From contig JBHGNT010000009.1 in assembly GCA_043228905.1 (NCBI GenBank), positions 22,010,001 to 22,074,000 on the forward strand: 64,000 nucleotides of DNA, in the 5' to 3' direction. This DNA comes from Azolla caroliniana (taxonomy: Eukaryota > Plantae > Polypodiophyta). The notes beneath the pieces were generated by a model, which was given only the letters and a program-made list of their open reading frames with translations, was not told the origin of the DNA and did not search any database. Each line of letters opens with the position of its first letter. Position 1 is the first letter of the stretch. Made by a program: the position numbers and the translations under genes. Below are positions 1 to 10,815 of this stretch, piece after piece.

Positions 1-196
1 CCTTTGTCTTGATGTCATCACTCACATCAGATTTGAAATCCCCCTTGTTGCCACCTTCTGTTTCTTGGGGCTTCTATTGGTTCTCGGACGCAATTACCCA
101 AGTCTTTGGAACTAGTGTGGGGAAAGTCTTGTCACTACCATCATTCACCATCAACTCGTCCATATCTATCTTCGCCTCGATGTTGTGCACACCGTC

Positions 197-1546
197 TTAG
201 TCCTTCCCCTTACTACCAGCTTCCATCTCTTGGGTCTCACGTTGGCTTTCTGCAACTGCCCAAGTCTCTGGAACATGTGTGAAGGCATCCTCAACACGAC
301 CATCTGCCATTAATTCGTCCATAGCCACCTCTGACTCGATGTCATTTTTCGTGGCTATCTCTTCAATCTCATGGGCCTCGTACCCATTGACCCTCTTGAT
401 CGAGCAAGCTTCGATTATGCTTCTCTCTTCGTCGGTTGTATTCTTTTCGACCTTCAGCTCCTCGCCGACACCTTCCGTCTCTTGTGTCTCACGTTGGTTC
501 TTTGACGCAACTGCCCAAGTCTTTGGAACATGTGTGGAGAAAATCTGGTCGTGATCATTGTCAACGCTTATTGTCTTGTTCATAGCCACCTCCTCGATGT
601 TGATTTTAGTGGCTAGATCCTTCATCATGTCGATCTCACACTCTTTATCTCCCTTAATGCAAGTTGCGATTAGGCTTGCTCTTTCATCATCCGATGTTTC
701 GAACACGATGAGCATCCTGAAACATTTTTCCTCCTTTGAAGTGGCCTTCGCCGTCCTCAAGTCCTCATCAATCTTCTTTTCGTGTAGGATGCATTGTTTA
801 GGCAGATCGACTTCTTTAGATGGTCTTGATTTTTCTACGCTTGGTCTTACCAAGTCAATATCATCAAGCCATTGACGACGCTTGTCAAGCTTGTTGCATG
901 CTCGCTTCACTGCAATCTAGTCTATCACAAGTCCGTTCGCTTGGGTATCATCTTCAAGGAGAATCCCCAATTCTCGTTTATCCTTCATGTCCACTGCTTT
1001 CAAGAAGTACAAAGTCTTTTCCTCCTCAAGCAGCACTTCGTCCGTGTTGGGGAGACGACCAAACATTTGGTCGAACTCGTCGTACACCCTCAAAGCGCTC
1101 ATCCTCTTATTCTTCTTTTCTATCCACTTCATCAAGACATGTCGAGTCATCCTCGACAAATCTTTCGTCACTAACTCCGCTAATATTGCTTTCTCGAACT
1201 CGGACCATGTTGTCTTGCCTTCTTGAAGCTCGATGACGCGTCTTTGGATGTTGTTGGCGACCACTCTCTTGAAACTTGTAATTTGACACACTTCGGACAC
1301 GTCCCTTTGATTCATCTCCCTTTTGTATGCATCAAGGAACTTCGTAATGTTCCTCCCATCAAATTGACCCTCGAGCTCTACGACACGGTCGACGGCCTTC
1401 TCCACGCTCGCACCGTTGTCCTGAGATATCATCATTTGTTCGATAATTAGCATCATCCTTTCAAACTCTACCGCTTGAGTGCTTGAGGAATCCATCTCCA
1501 CGTATCGGTCGATCCTCGGCTTGATCCTTCCTACCGCCTCTTTCAC
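197..1546 (-). pseudogene. Gag-like ORF of element A with acidic repeat tail, interrupted by a stop
   Basis: ORFs 917..1546 and 197..910 are in frame and separated by TAG where the 10816..11817 copy has Trp (LVADW). Motif AVDRVVELEGQFDGRNITKFLDAYKREM resembles a retrotransposon gag N-terminus. Confidence 0.7.
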
Positions 1547-2105
1547 GTCGGGTTCATCACTTAATTATGTCGTGAAGATCTGTCACTACGTCCGGATCAT
1601 GAGGCAGAACCACCGGGGTCCTAGACCAGAAGGATTTGAATTGTTGTCCCAAGATCTCATCATTTGTTCTACGATTAGCATCATCCTTTCGAACTCTCCC
1701 GCTTGATTGCTTGAGGACGCCATCTCCAAGTATTGGTTGATCCTCGGCTTGATCCTTCCTACTGCATCTTTCACGTTGGGTTCACCACTTAATTATATCG
1801 TGAAGATCCATCACTACGTGCAGATCGTGAGGCGGAACCACCGGGGTTCCGGACCGGAAGGATTCAAAGTTTGCACTAGCTTTAGCGAGAAAGTATTTAA
1901 GCTAGATTGAGAGAGATTGATATGAGGAAAGAGAGATATTGAGATAAAGATTGAACTTTGAACTTTTCGATTTAAGAGAGAAGATACATCAACAAAAGTA
2001 TTACAAGTTTCTTATTTTTCCCAAATTTTTCATTAGTCCCATTTGCTTGATTCCTCCACTCTTTTATAGATGCCCCCATGCATATGGTGCATGTGAAGGT
2101 GTAAG

Positions 2106-2863
2106 TGTTGGGAGACGGGTCCCTCCGGATGGGAAGGGAGAAGAACAGTGCCGATGAACAAACTCGGCCGAGGCCAAAACCGGATGACGAGTACCCGGCT
2201 ACGGAGAGCCGGATGGTGCAGACCCGGTGAAGACCGGATGAGGAGTACCCGGCTACGGAGAGCCGGATGGTGTAGACTCGGTGAAGACCAGATGAGTACC
2301 CGGCTACGGAGAGCCGGATGGTGCAGACCCGGTGAAGACCGGATGAGGAGTACCCGACTACGGAGAACCGGATGTTGCAGACCCGGTGAGGAATGCTCAC
2401 CGGATGAAGAGACATATTTGTAAATATGTTTCTGAGAGTCCAGCGAGGCTATATTTGTAAATAGCCGAAAAGTCATATTAGTATAAATATGACTTAGGGC
2501 AAACTTCTAGTAACAGTGGTTGTCATTCTTGTTGGCGCAAGGAGTGAGAGAGCGCGTAACTGTGTACAGAGAGAGAGAGAGAGAGAGAAAGAGGTCGTTG
2601 CCTCTGTTGTAATCGCCGCCTGTGGCGAAGATCGTGAGCACGAGGTCGTTGCCTCTGTGAACTCACTGTTGTACATTCTAACATAGTGATAGTTTGCAGC
2701 CTGTGGGCTGCCGTGGTTTTTCACCCTAGTTTGGGGTTTTCCACGTAAACATCCCGCGTACTCTTCTCTTCTTCGTGTCGTGTTTTCTTTCCCGCTTTCT
2801 GTGTATGATCCTAAGCTCGGTTGTGGCCGAGTGTTGTGCAAAAGGAGCCTTGAGTTCCCGTCA
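2106..2863. mobile_element. Solo LTR (element C) inserted into the element A LTR
   Basis: TGTTGGGA...TTCCCGTCA, flanked by 5-bp TSD GTAAG (2101-2105, 2864-2868). The uninterrupted LTR copy reads GGGTGCAAGACATG at ~12140. Confidence 0.85.
2170..2410. repeat. ~51-54-bp tandem repeat (about 4 copies) inside solo LTR C
   Basis: Repeated GAGTACCCGGCTACGGAGAGCCGGATGGTGCAGACCCGGTGAAGACC units. Confidence 0.85.
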
Positions 2864-2994
2864 GTAAGACATGCACATAATGCAGGAAATGCATGCAATG
2901 CATGCTTGCCATGTCATCATCTAAGCTCTCATGTATGAGAATTTACATGTAAAAGTATAATGATAAAAATATGGCTTCTAAGGAAATGACTTGG

Positions 2995-3290
2995 CTCGCC
3001 GACTCCGTCCGGTTCCTGTCGGCCAAAACCTTTACAAGTAGTTTAGGGGTCGTTGTCTCGCCGGATCCGTCCGGTCGTCATCCGGTTCCGGTCGGCCAAA
3101 ACCTTTACAAGTAGTTTAGGGGTCATCGTCTCGCCGGATCCGTCCAGTCACCGTTTGATTCCGGTCGGCCAAAACCTTTACAAGTAGTTTAGGGGTCGTT
3201 GTCTCGCTGGATCCGTAAGGTCGCCATCTGGTTCCTGTCAGCCAAAACCTTTACAAGTAGTTTAGGGGTCGTTGTCTCGCTGGATCTGTT
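2995..3290. repeat. ~70-bp tandem repeat (4 copies) in the element A LTR
   Basis: Repeated GGCCAAAACCTTTACAAGTAGTTTAGGGGTCGTTGTCTCGC. The 5' LTR (~12360) has only one copy. Confidence 0.85.
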
Positions 3291-5272
3291 AGGTCACTTG
3301 ATTTTGTACATTCCTCGCAATTTTCTCACTATTGCCGAAAATCTTCACAACATCCACCCTGACCAAACCACACGTCCTCTGGTACGTTCCAAGAAGAGAG
3401 AATGTGAGATTTCGGCTACAGTGATTAGCACGATTCCTTCTTCTTCTTCTTCTTTTTTTTTTTAGCATGTCCATTCCCTTCACTCGAACCATTGTCGCCA
3501 CCCAATCCACCATATCATTAGCTTTTTCTTTCCGAACATAATTGTTTAGGCTTTATGCATGTTCCACCTTTGTCTCGATCGTCTCCTTGCTAAGGGCACT
3601 TTGACCCATCATGCATTTTTGTTTTCTATCTTCCTCCAAAAGTTTTTATTTGAATAATGGTATCGAATACCCCATGTAATACCTTTAAGTGCATGTCCAC
3701 TTCGAGATTCTTACGCAACCATGCTCTATGTTTCTCACTTTGTACGCTTACATGGTGCAATCTCATGTTAGAGTTGAAAATCTTCACACTAACGTCTTTG
3801 CTAGATGTTTTGATCACATTCTTCGGATCCTGATGGCTCGCTTAGCCATCGTCATCCCTTGTAATTCTTTGCTCAAACTCTTTGTTGTACGCATCAGCTT
3901 TTGTCTCTATACTTTGCTCTACCTCTTCCTCCCACACATCAACTTCAACCCTTACTTCTTCGTTGTCATTGTCCTTCTCTTGGGTCTTACATCGGTTAAT
4001 GCCCAAGTCTCCAGAACGACTATGTAGAGATCCATATATATTTGTCGGCCACTCCCCAACATGGACCTTCGCTTCCCCGCCATCATCTTTTGTCTCTTGG
4101 GTCTCACGTTTTCGCATTGTTACGCGCGTGCGTGTAGAAGGGGCGGGACCACGGGGGTCTTGGACTAGAGAGTAGAGGGGAAAGAATAAGATATCAAAAT
4201 GGAAGCTTAGCTCAAGAGGAGGTGAGAAAGAATAAGACAATAACATAGAATAGACGGGGCAAGATGCTCAACGAGTTAGCTTAAGTAAACATAAACGCTT
4301 TACAATGGTGGCCGCCATGGCCGCACCAAACGACTATCCGAAAAACCCTAAAGGAAAACCCAAGAAGAAAACCCTAACCGAAACCCTAAAACCGAATAGG
4401 AAACCCTCGACCTAAGTGGTATGCCTCTCTCCCTCAAAATACGCAACCCCTTCATAAGTGACCCCTCCCTTCCTTTTATAGCCCAAGGAGGGAGGGACCT
4501 GACAATGTGGGATAGAATTTCCCCTCTTATTTCTATACACCATTTCCTAGTATACATGTGCACATGGTGCACACCACCGATTTGCCTATCCCACCCTGGT
4601 TTCCGCCTATGGACGAAAATCTTCACGAACCATCGTAGTATCCCGTTCCACTGTATCCGTCGCACGTCCTCGAGCCGACGGCTCCAACCGATCCACCACG
4701 TCCACCGTGTGTCACCGAAACATCGACTCCATCCGAACCGCCATATCCACCGCACGCGCCTTCCTCCCCGGTCGGTCCTCCCGAACGTCATTGCCGATCC
4801 GGTCACTCTTTCTTTGTCCGCCACGTAGGTCCTCTGATTAGGCCCTCGGTCACCCCGTTTGCTCGCCGGATTGCGCCCCTCGCGTACCGCTTGTGTTCTA
4901 TCTCCGGCTCGATCCTCTTGTAAGTTTATGGACCTTACGGTCGGAACAAGGAGTGCGGAATGGTTGATTATCGGCGGGTAGAGGTAGACGAGGAGGAACA
5001 CCACGCTCGATTTGAGCGCACCCGAATCGAAGACGAGGTAGAAGAAAGGAGCGGGAGCCGGCATGATTAGGAATAACAAAATGGAAGAGGGATAGGGGTT
5101 TAAACACTAAGATTGGAAACATAAACACTAAAACAAAAAACATAACCCAAAAACTAACAAACATAAAATCTAAATCTAGATACATGAACCTAAAAATAAA
5201 GTAAAGGGTGGGGTAATTAGAAAGAAATTAAAAGATAGCCTTAAAGGGAGAGGGATTAACATACTAATTAAA

Positions 5273-5308
<36 letters not shown>

Positions 5309-5599
5309 AAACATAAATAAACCTAAGATTAAAACTAAAGAGAGAGAGAGAGATTAAAACATAAATAAACCTAAGATTAAAATCAAAATACGAGACAAAA
5401 AACATAATTAAAATTTAAAAACAAGGGTTACGGGGAGGGAAGAGGATTACCATACTAATAAAAATAAAAGAGAGAGGTGCTATTACGAACTAGAGAAACA
5501 TAATTAAAACACGATTAGAATAGAGAGGGCGAGGGAGAGAAACATAATTAAAAACATGTAATTAACATTATAAATGAAAAATTACATGGGGTTTGAGGT

Positions 5600-5660
5600 A
5601 TGGTCTTATGGCAAACTAGTTTCGCCCATCACGGGCTCATCAGTGCCAACATAAGACCAT
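5600..5660 (-). ncRNA. Minimal type I hammerhead ribozyme (HHR1)
   Basis: Minus strand: AUGGUCUUAU-GUU-GGCA CUGAUGA GCCC-GUGAU-GGGC GAAA C-UA-G UU^ UGCC AUAAGACCAU. Complete catalytic core, stems I and II, and palindromic ACUAGU stem III. Confidence 0.9.
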
Positions 5661-5891
5661 GAGGGTGAGGGAGGGGGTTTATATAGGATTTTAGGAGAGG
5701 GGTATAGTGAGGATGTGGGATCAAAGTTGGGAGTAGGGGGCAAGGGTGTGCTATGTGCATATGTGGAATCTTTAGTACTAGTGGGCCGTATGGCCTAAGC
5801 GAGGAGTGCGAGCGTATAACCTTCGGCGGTTGGATAGTTAGGGTAAATAGTATGGTAACTAAAGAATAGTATAAAAGAGAGTAGTAGGGGA

Positions 5892-5928
<37 letters not shown>

Positions 5929-5950
5929 AATTTCAATTTATGTAAGAAAA

Positions 5951-6003
5951 GGTCTTTTGGCAAACATGTTTCGCTCTATACGAGCTCATCAGTGCTAAAG
6001 ACC
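5951..6003 (-). ncRNA. Minimal type I hammerhead ribozyme (HHR2)
   Basis: Minus strand: GGUCUUU-AGCA CUGAUGA GCUC-GUAUA-GAGC GAAA C-AU-G UU^ UGCC AAAAGACC. Compensatory changes relative to HHR1 in stem II and in the stem III palindrome. Confidence 0.88.
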
Positions 6004-7517
6004 ATATACAAAAATATGAGAGGCTTATATAGGGGAAGATGCAAGAAGAGTGAAGGGGAGTGGTGGGGATGGATGAGAGGGGATTTGAATGTGTATAAAG
6101 GAGGATGTGGGAGTTAGGGAGGTAGTGAATGTAGAGAGGGATAGCTTAATGAGTTTGATGGTAAGGGATGATTTGGGGATCTATTATATTTAGTTCTAGT
6201 AGAATGATAGCAATAGTAAGTGTGATGTTTTAATGGGGATTTGGGGATCTAATATATTTAGTTTTGACTAGATAAGAATAGAGTGATTTGGACTTGGTCC
6301 AACATATGAAAGGCTTAGGAATGTTTTTTAGTTGGGGATCTAGGCTAAGGTCGGTGTGTAAGTCTTTTAAGAACGAGTGGATACCTAATTTAGGGGAGTT
6401 TTTAGAGTACCTAAGCTTGAATATGGTAGGTGTAAGGGAAGATTTGTTTTTATGCTTATTCCGTGTGCCCTTGTTGTCTCCCGAATATGCGCTCATTCTT
6501 TGGCCCTTAGGCGACCCCATTCCGCGTTCCTTGCCTCTCCTTTGCCCGTCGTGCTCTCTTGCCGTAGAGCGTACCGTCATCCTGACCTCCGTGTCGGTGT
6601 CCCTCGAGGCTCTCGTTACCGCCTCGCCTCGACTTGCGCCCTCTTGGCCTGCTTGGCCTTGCATGCCCTCCGGGAAGCCGCCGTGTTTTCTCTTCCTGGT
6701 GTGTACCCCGTTGTTCTCTGCGCTGTCATGCCTTTCGGCTCCGGATCGTTACGTGAGTCGGGTGGGAACCGCCGAGGTTTTTGACTAGGAGGAAGAGGAA
6801 TACAAATTAAGGCTAGTTATGAATAGTGGAAAAAGAAGTAAGATAGCAATCTCCTGAATCCCACGAGTTTAGTGTATGTATCTAAAATCGGATATATTAT
6901 TTTATGGTTTTCACGTAGTGTGTGGAATACACTACGACAGCGCATCCCCTCCGTTTTCCCAGACACAATCCTTCGTTCATGCCGATCACGCTCGTCTCAT
7001 TCCGTTGATCTTGGCGTCTCGTCGCACCGCCCGTCGTCCCGCGCTTGCCTCTCGAAGGCTTCCTCCGATTGTCATCGTCGGTCACTCGTTGCGGCTCCTC
7101 CGAATGCACGCTCATTCTTTGGTCCTTAGGTGACCCCATTACGCACACCCGGATTCTCCATTGCTCTCCGTGCTCTCTCGTAGTAGAGCGTATCGTCATC
7201 CCGACCTTCGTGTCGGGGTTCTTCGCAGCTCTCGTTACCGCTTCATCCCGACTCGCATCCTCTTGGCCCACTTGGCCCCGCACGTCCTCCGGGACGCCGC
7301 TTTTTCTCTCCCCGGTGCGTAGTTCTTTGCTCTCCACGCACCATCCTCCGCCCTCGTCGTTCATCCGCCAATCCCGGCAACTCACCGCTCCGTCTCTTGT
7401 CGCGTGCTTGCCTCTCAAAGGCTCGACTGGTCCGCCGTTGTCGGTCACTCGTTGCCGCTCTTCCGGGTGCATGCTTGCTTCTTGGCCCTTCGCCGGCCGT
7501 AGTGCACACTCCGTTCT

Positions 7518-7865
7518 ACGTCGTAATGCATGCTTCGTGTTACAAGCTTCCCTTGTTGTAGTCCCGACCTCCGCGTTGGCCTCTTCGTATTTCGTTGCCG
7601 TAGCCCCTTCCGACTCTGGCTTGCCGTCTTGGCCGTGCTCGTCCTCCTTCACGCACCGGGTACCAGTTCCGGTAGCCTCGTCCGTTCCGTTCTACGTTGT
7701 AATGCATGCTTCGTGTTACAAGCTTCCCTCGTTGTAGTCCCGACCTCCGCGTCGGCCTCTTCGTATTTCGTTGCCGTAGCCCCTTCCGACTCTGGCTTGC
7801 CGTCTTGGCCGTGCTCGTCCTCCTTCACGCACCGGGTACCAGTTCCGGTAGCCTCGTCCGTTCCG
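7518..7865. repeat. 176-bp near-perfect tandem duplication within element B
   Basis: The ...TAATGCATGCTTCGTGTTACAAGC...GTAGCCTCGTCCGTTCCG unit occurs twice. Confidence 0.85.
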
Positions 7866-8939
7866 GTCTCCGACTCCTCGCCGCCATCCCCCGTCTCTTT
7901 GGTCTTACGTCGATCCGCAACCGCCAAAGTCTCAAGAATGGGTGAGGAGGGTCCCTCTCGCTCTTGGCCTCCCACCGAGTTGTACTCCTTGTGCATGCTT
8001 GGCCTCCTTCTCATGCTCACCAGCTCCCACCGGGTGTTGTGGCCCGTTCGCCTCGACCTCCAATCATGCCGACTTAGCCTTCACCCGGATCGGTCTCGGC
8101 CGATCGAGTTCCGGTTTGGTCGGCTCCCTTCCGTAATTGTAACCGGCCGGTACATGTTTGTCTGAACAAATCCGGCCTTGCCAGCTCTTCTTCAGTTCGG
8201 GCCCGGTTTACCGAACCCCGCTCCAATCTTCTTCCGCGTCGTCTTCCGGTCGTGTCGGATTATCGACCGGTTCATCTTCCGGTCGGGTCGGTTCCCGACT
8301 CTCTCCTCTTTGCCGCTCCCGACCTCTTCGTCGGTCCTCTCGTATATGCCCGTTCCGGGCCTCGCATCCTCATCTTCATACGTGTTCACTCCGGGCCACG
8401 CCTCCTCACGGCCACCACCCTTCTCTCCGGTCTTATGTTGGCATTCGAGCGCAACCGCCGTAGTCTCCGGCCCCGGTGTCGAGGGGTCTCTCCTCCATCC
8501 GCTATGACCTTCCTCGCCATCGTTTCGATCTTCCACTTTGCCGCCACCATCTTCCGTCTCTCCAGTCTCACGTGGGCTCTTGGGGCCGGCCTCCGAAGTC
8601 TCTAGAATAGGTGTGGGAAAAGTCTCGGTACCGTTACTCACCGATGTCATGTTTGTAGCCACCTTCGTTCGGACGCCGTGGTCCGTGGCTATCTCGTCCC
8701 CGGTTACGCAAGCCTCGGTTATGCTTGCCACCGTCTCTTCTATGTCCTCGTCTCAGTTGCCCGCCTTGCCGCCGCCACCGCTCGTCGCTCTAGGTCTCAT
8801 GCCGGCACTCGGGCCGACCGCCGGAGCCTTTAGGACCGGTGTGTGTAAGGTCGCGGCACCGTCGCTTGTCTCCTCCCCACTCGATGTTTCGGGCCGCCAT
8901 GTCCCGAATCCGTAGTTACCGGCCTCCATGGCCATCCCT

Positions 8940-9629
8940 TCACCGCAAGGCAAGAGGGTCGCTTGCTCCACACCCTCTCCCATGTCGTCGTCGCACGCTC
9001 TTCCGGCCTCCGTATAGGCCCCCGTCTTCTGCGCTTAGGGAGGCTTCTTCCTCCGCATTCTCCGATCGCCTTCGACCCGACTCCATAATAAGCCCTTCTT
9101 CGGCTTCGATTTTCCCCTTCACAAGCTCGCATGCCTCCCATACCAATGCCTCTAGGTCGTACTCCTCCGGTTGATCGCGCGTCGAGCTCTCTTCCGACGG
9201 TAGTGCGTAGCCACTCACCGCCCTTTCTTCTCCGCCGCTCGTGGGCCATGTTATTGCCGACCACTCCCCACCGGGTTGCCAGCATACCCACTCCGGTTTC
9301 GCGTATCCGTATGCGTCCAATAGACCTCCCTCGAAGGACTCCCATGACTCGTGAGCTTCTTGTAGCTCCTTGACGTCCTTATGCACCGATACGGCCGCCA
9401 CTTGCAGAAAATACTCTAGTCGCATCGCCTCGTCCACGCCCCCTTTCGCCATCTCGGCCTTGTAGGCTCCCAAAAATTTTAGGACCTCATTCCCATTGAA
9501 CCGGCCGACTCGATCGACCACCCTTTCGACGGCTTGTTGAGCCGCATCTCGCTTCGCCATCTTCCGTCCGGCTTCCATCACAATCTTTGCCATCATCTCC
9601 TCGAAGTCAAAGTCTTCTTCCATCTCCAT
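8940..9629 (-). CDS. Gag-like protein of element B (probably truncated or frameshifted)
   Basis: Starts just after the PBS. AVERVVDRVGRFNGNEVLKFLGAYKAEM is homologous to the element A gag motif. Confidence 0.65.
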   Translation of the reverse strand: MEMEEDFDFEEMMAKIVMEAGRKMAKRDAAQQAVERVVDRVGRFNGNEVLKFLGAYKAEMAKGGVDEAMRLEYFLQVAAVSVHKDVKELQEAHESWESFEGGLLDAYGYAKPEWVCWQPGGEWSAITWPTSGGEERAVSGYALPSEESSTRDQPEEYDLEALVWEACELVKGKIEAEEGLIMESGRRRSENAEEEASLSAEDGGLYGGRKSVRRRHGRGCGASDPLALR

Positions 9630-9644
9630 GCTCCCTTGCCGCCC

Positions 9645-9662
9645 TTCACGTCGGGTTCACCA
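9645..9662 (-). other. Primer-binding site complementary to the tRNA-Trp 3' end (element B)
   Basis: TGGTGAACCCGACGTGAA is the complement of the plant tRNA-Trp 3' end (TTCACGTCGGGTTCACCA), 4 nt from the LTR. Confidence 0.85.
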
Positions 9663-10815
9663 AATATGTCGCGTTGTTACGCGCGTGCGTGTAGAAGGGG
9701 CGGGACCACGGGGGTCTTGGACTAGAGAGTAGAGGGGAAAGAATAAGATATCAAAATGGAAGCTTAGCTCAAGAGGAGGTGAGAAAGAATAAGACAATAA
9801 CATAGAATAGACGGGGCAAGATGCTCAACAAGTTAGCTTAAGTAAACATAAACGCTTTACAATGGTGGCCGCCATGGCCGCACCAAACGACTATCCGAAA
9901 AACCCTAAAGGAAAACCCAAGAAGAAAACCCTAACCGAAACCCTAAAACCGAATAGGAAACCCTCGACCTAAGTGGTATGCCTCTCTCCCTCAAAATAGG
10001 CAACCCCTTCATAAGTGACCCCTCCCTTCCTTTTATAGCCCAAGGAGGGAGGGACCTTACAATGTGGGATAGAATTTCCCCTCTTATTTCTATACACCAT
10101 TTCCTAGTATAGATGTGCACATGGTGCACACCACCGATTTGCCTATTCCACCCCGGTTTCTGCCTATGGAGGAAAATCTTCACGACAACGTTGACTTTGA
10201 ACCACAACTGCCCAAGTCTCTAGAACATGTGCGAAGGAATTTGTTTGTCTTTGGTCGATTGCCTTCGACACCTTTGTCTTGATGTCATCTTTCACATCAG
10301 ATTTGAACTCCCCCTTGATGCCACCTTCCGTCTCTTGGGTCTACTATTGGTTCTCGGACGCAACTACCCAAGTCTCTGGAACCAGTGTGGGGAAATTCTT
10401 GTCACTGCCATCATTCACCATCAACTCGTCCATATCTATCTTCGCCTCAATGTTGTGCACACCATCTTGGTCCTTCCCCTTACTACCACCTTCCATCTCT
10501 TGGGTCTCACGTTGGCCCTCTACAACTGCCCAAGTCTCTGGAACTTGTGAGAAGTAATCCTCGACGCGGCCATCTGCCATTAAATTCTTCCATAGCCACC
10601 TTTGACTCGATGTCATTTTTCGTGGCTATCTCTTCAATCTCATGGGCCTCGTACCCATTGGCCCTCTTGATCGAGCAAGCTTTGATTATGCTTCTCTCTT
10701 CATCGCATGTATTCATTTCGACCTTCGGCTCCTCGCCGACACCTTCCATCTCTTGGGTCTTATGTTGGTTCTCAGACGCAACTGCCCAAGTCTCTGGAAC
10801 ATGTGTGGAGAAAAT

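Larger units (their letters stand above)
1..3352 (-). mobile_element. Non-autonomous gag-only LTR retroelement family A, downstream tandem unit (runs off the left edge); shares the LTR at 1796-3352 with the upstream unit
   Basis: LTR 1796-3352 matches LTR 11839-12776 (termini TRTCGTGAAGAT...ATCTTCACRACA). tRNA-Trp PBS at ~1770-1787 and ~1542-1559, followed by a gag-like ORF. No RT or integrase seen. Confidence 0.8.
5560..6460 (-). mobile_element. 5'-truncated Penelope-like element remnant(s) (RT C-terminus plus HHR-bearing terminal repeats) inside element B
   Basis: The end of ORF 6230..6664 (PKPFICWTKSKSLYSYLVKTKY) resembles the PLE RT thumb-end motif. It is followed by TATA+HHR modules. 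AT-rich island within a GC-rich element. Confidence 0.55.
4110..10187 (-). mobile_element. Non-autonomous gag-only LTR element B nested in element A
   Basis: Direct LTRs ~4110-4630 and 9667-10187 (about 520 bp, roughly ten differences by eye). TSD ACGT(T) at 4106 and 10188. tRNA-Trp PBS 9645-9662. Gag-like ORF 8940..9629; no pol. Confidence 0.85.

Noticed and set aside
6288-8983. Many overlapping 100-250-aa ORFs in element B
   Set aside because: GC-rich, low-complexity, internally duplicated sequence open in several frames, with no recognisable domain apart from the PLE-like end noted.
9645-9662. tRNA-Trp gene
   Set aside because: Only the 3' 18 nt including CCA match, adjacent to an LTR. 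This is a primer-binding site.
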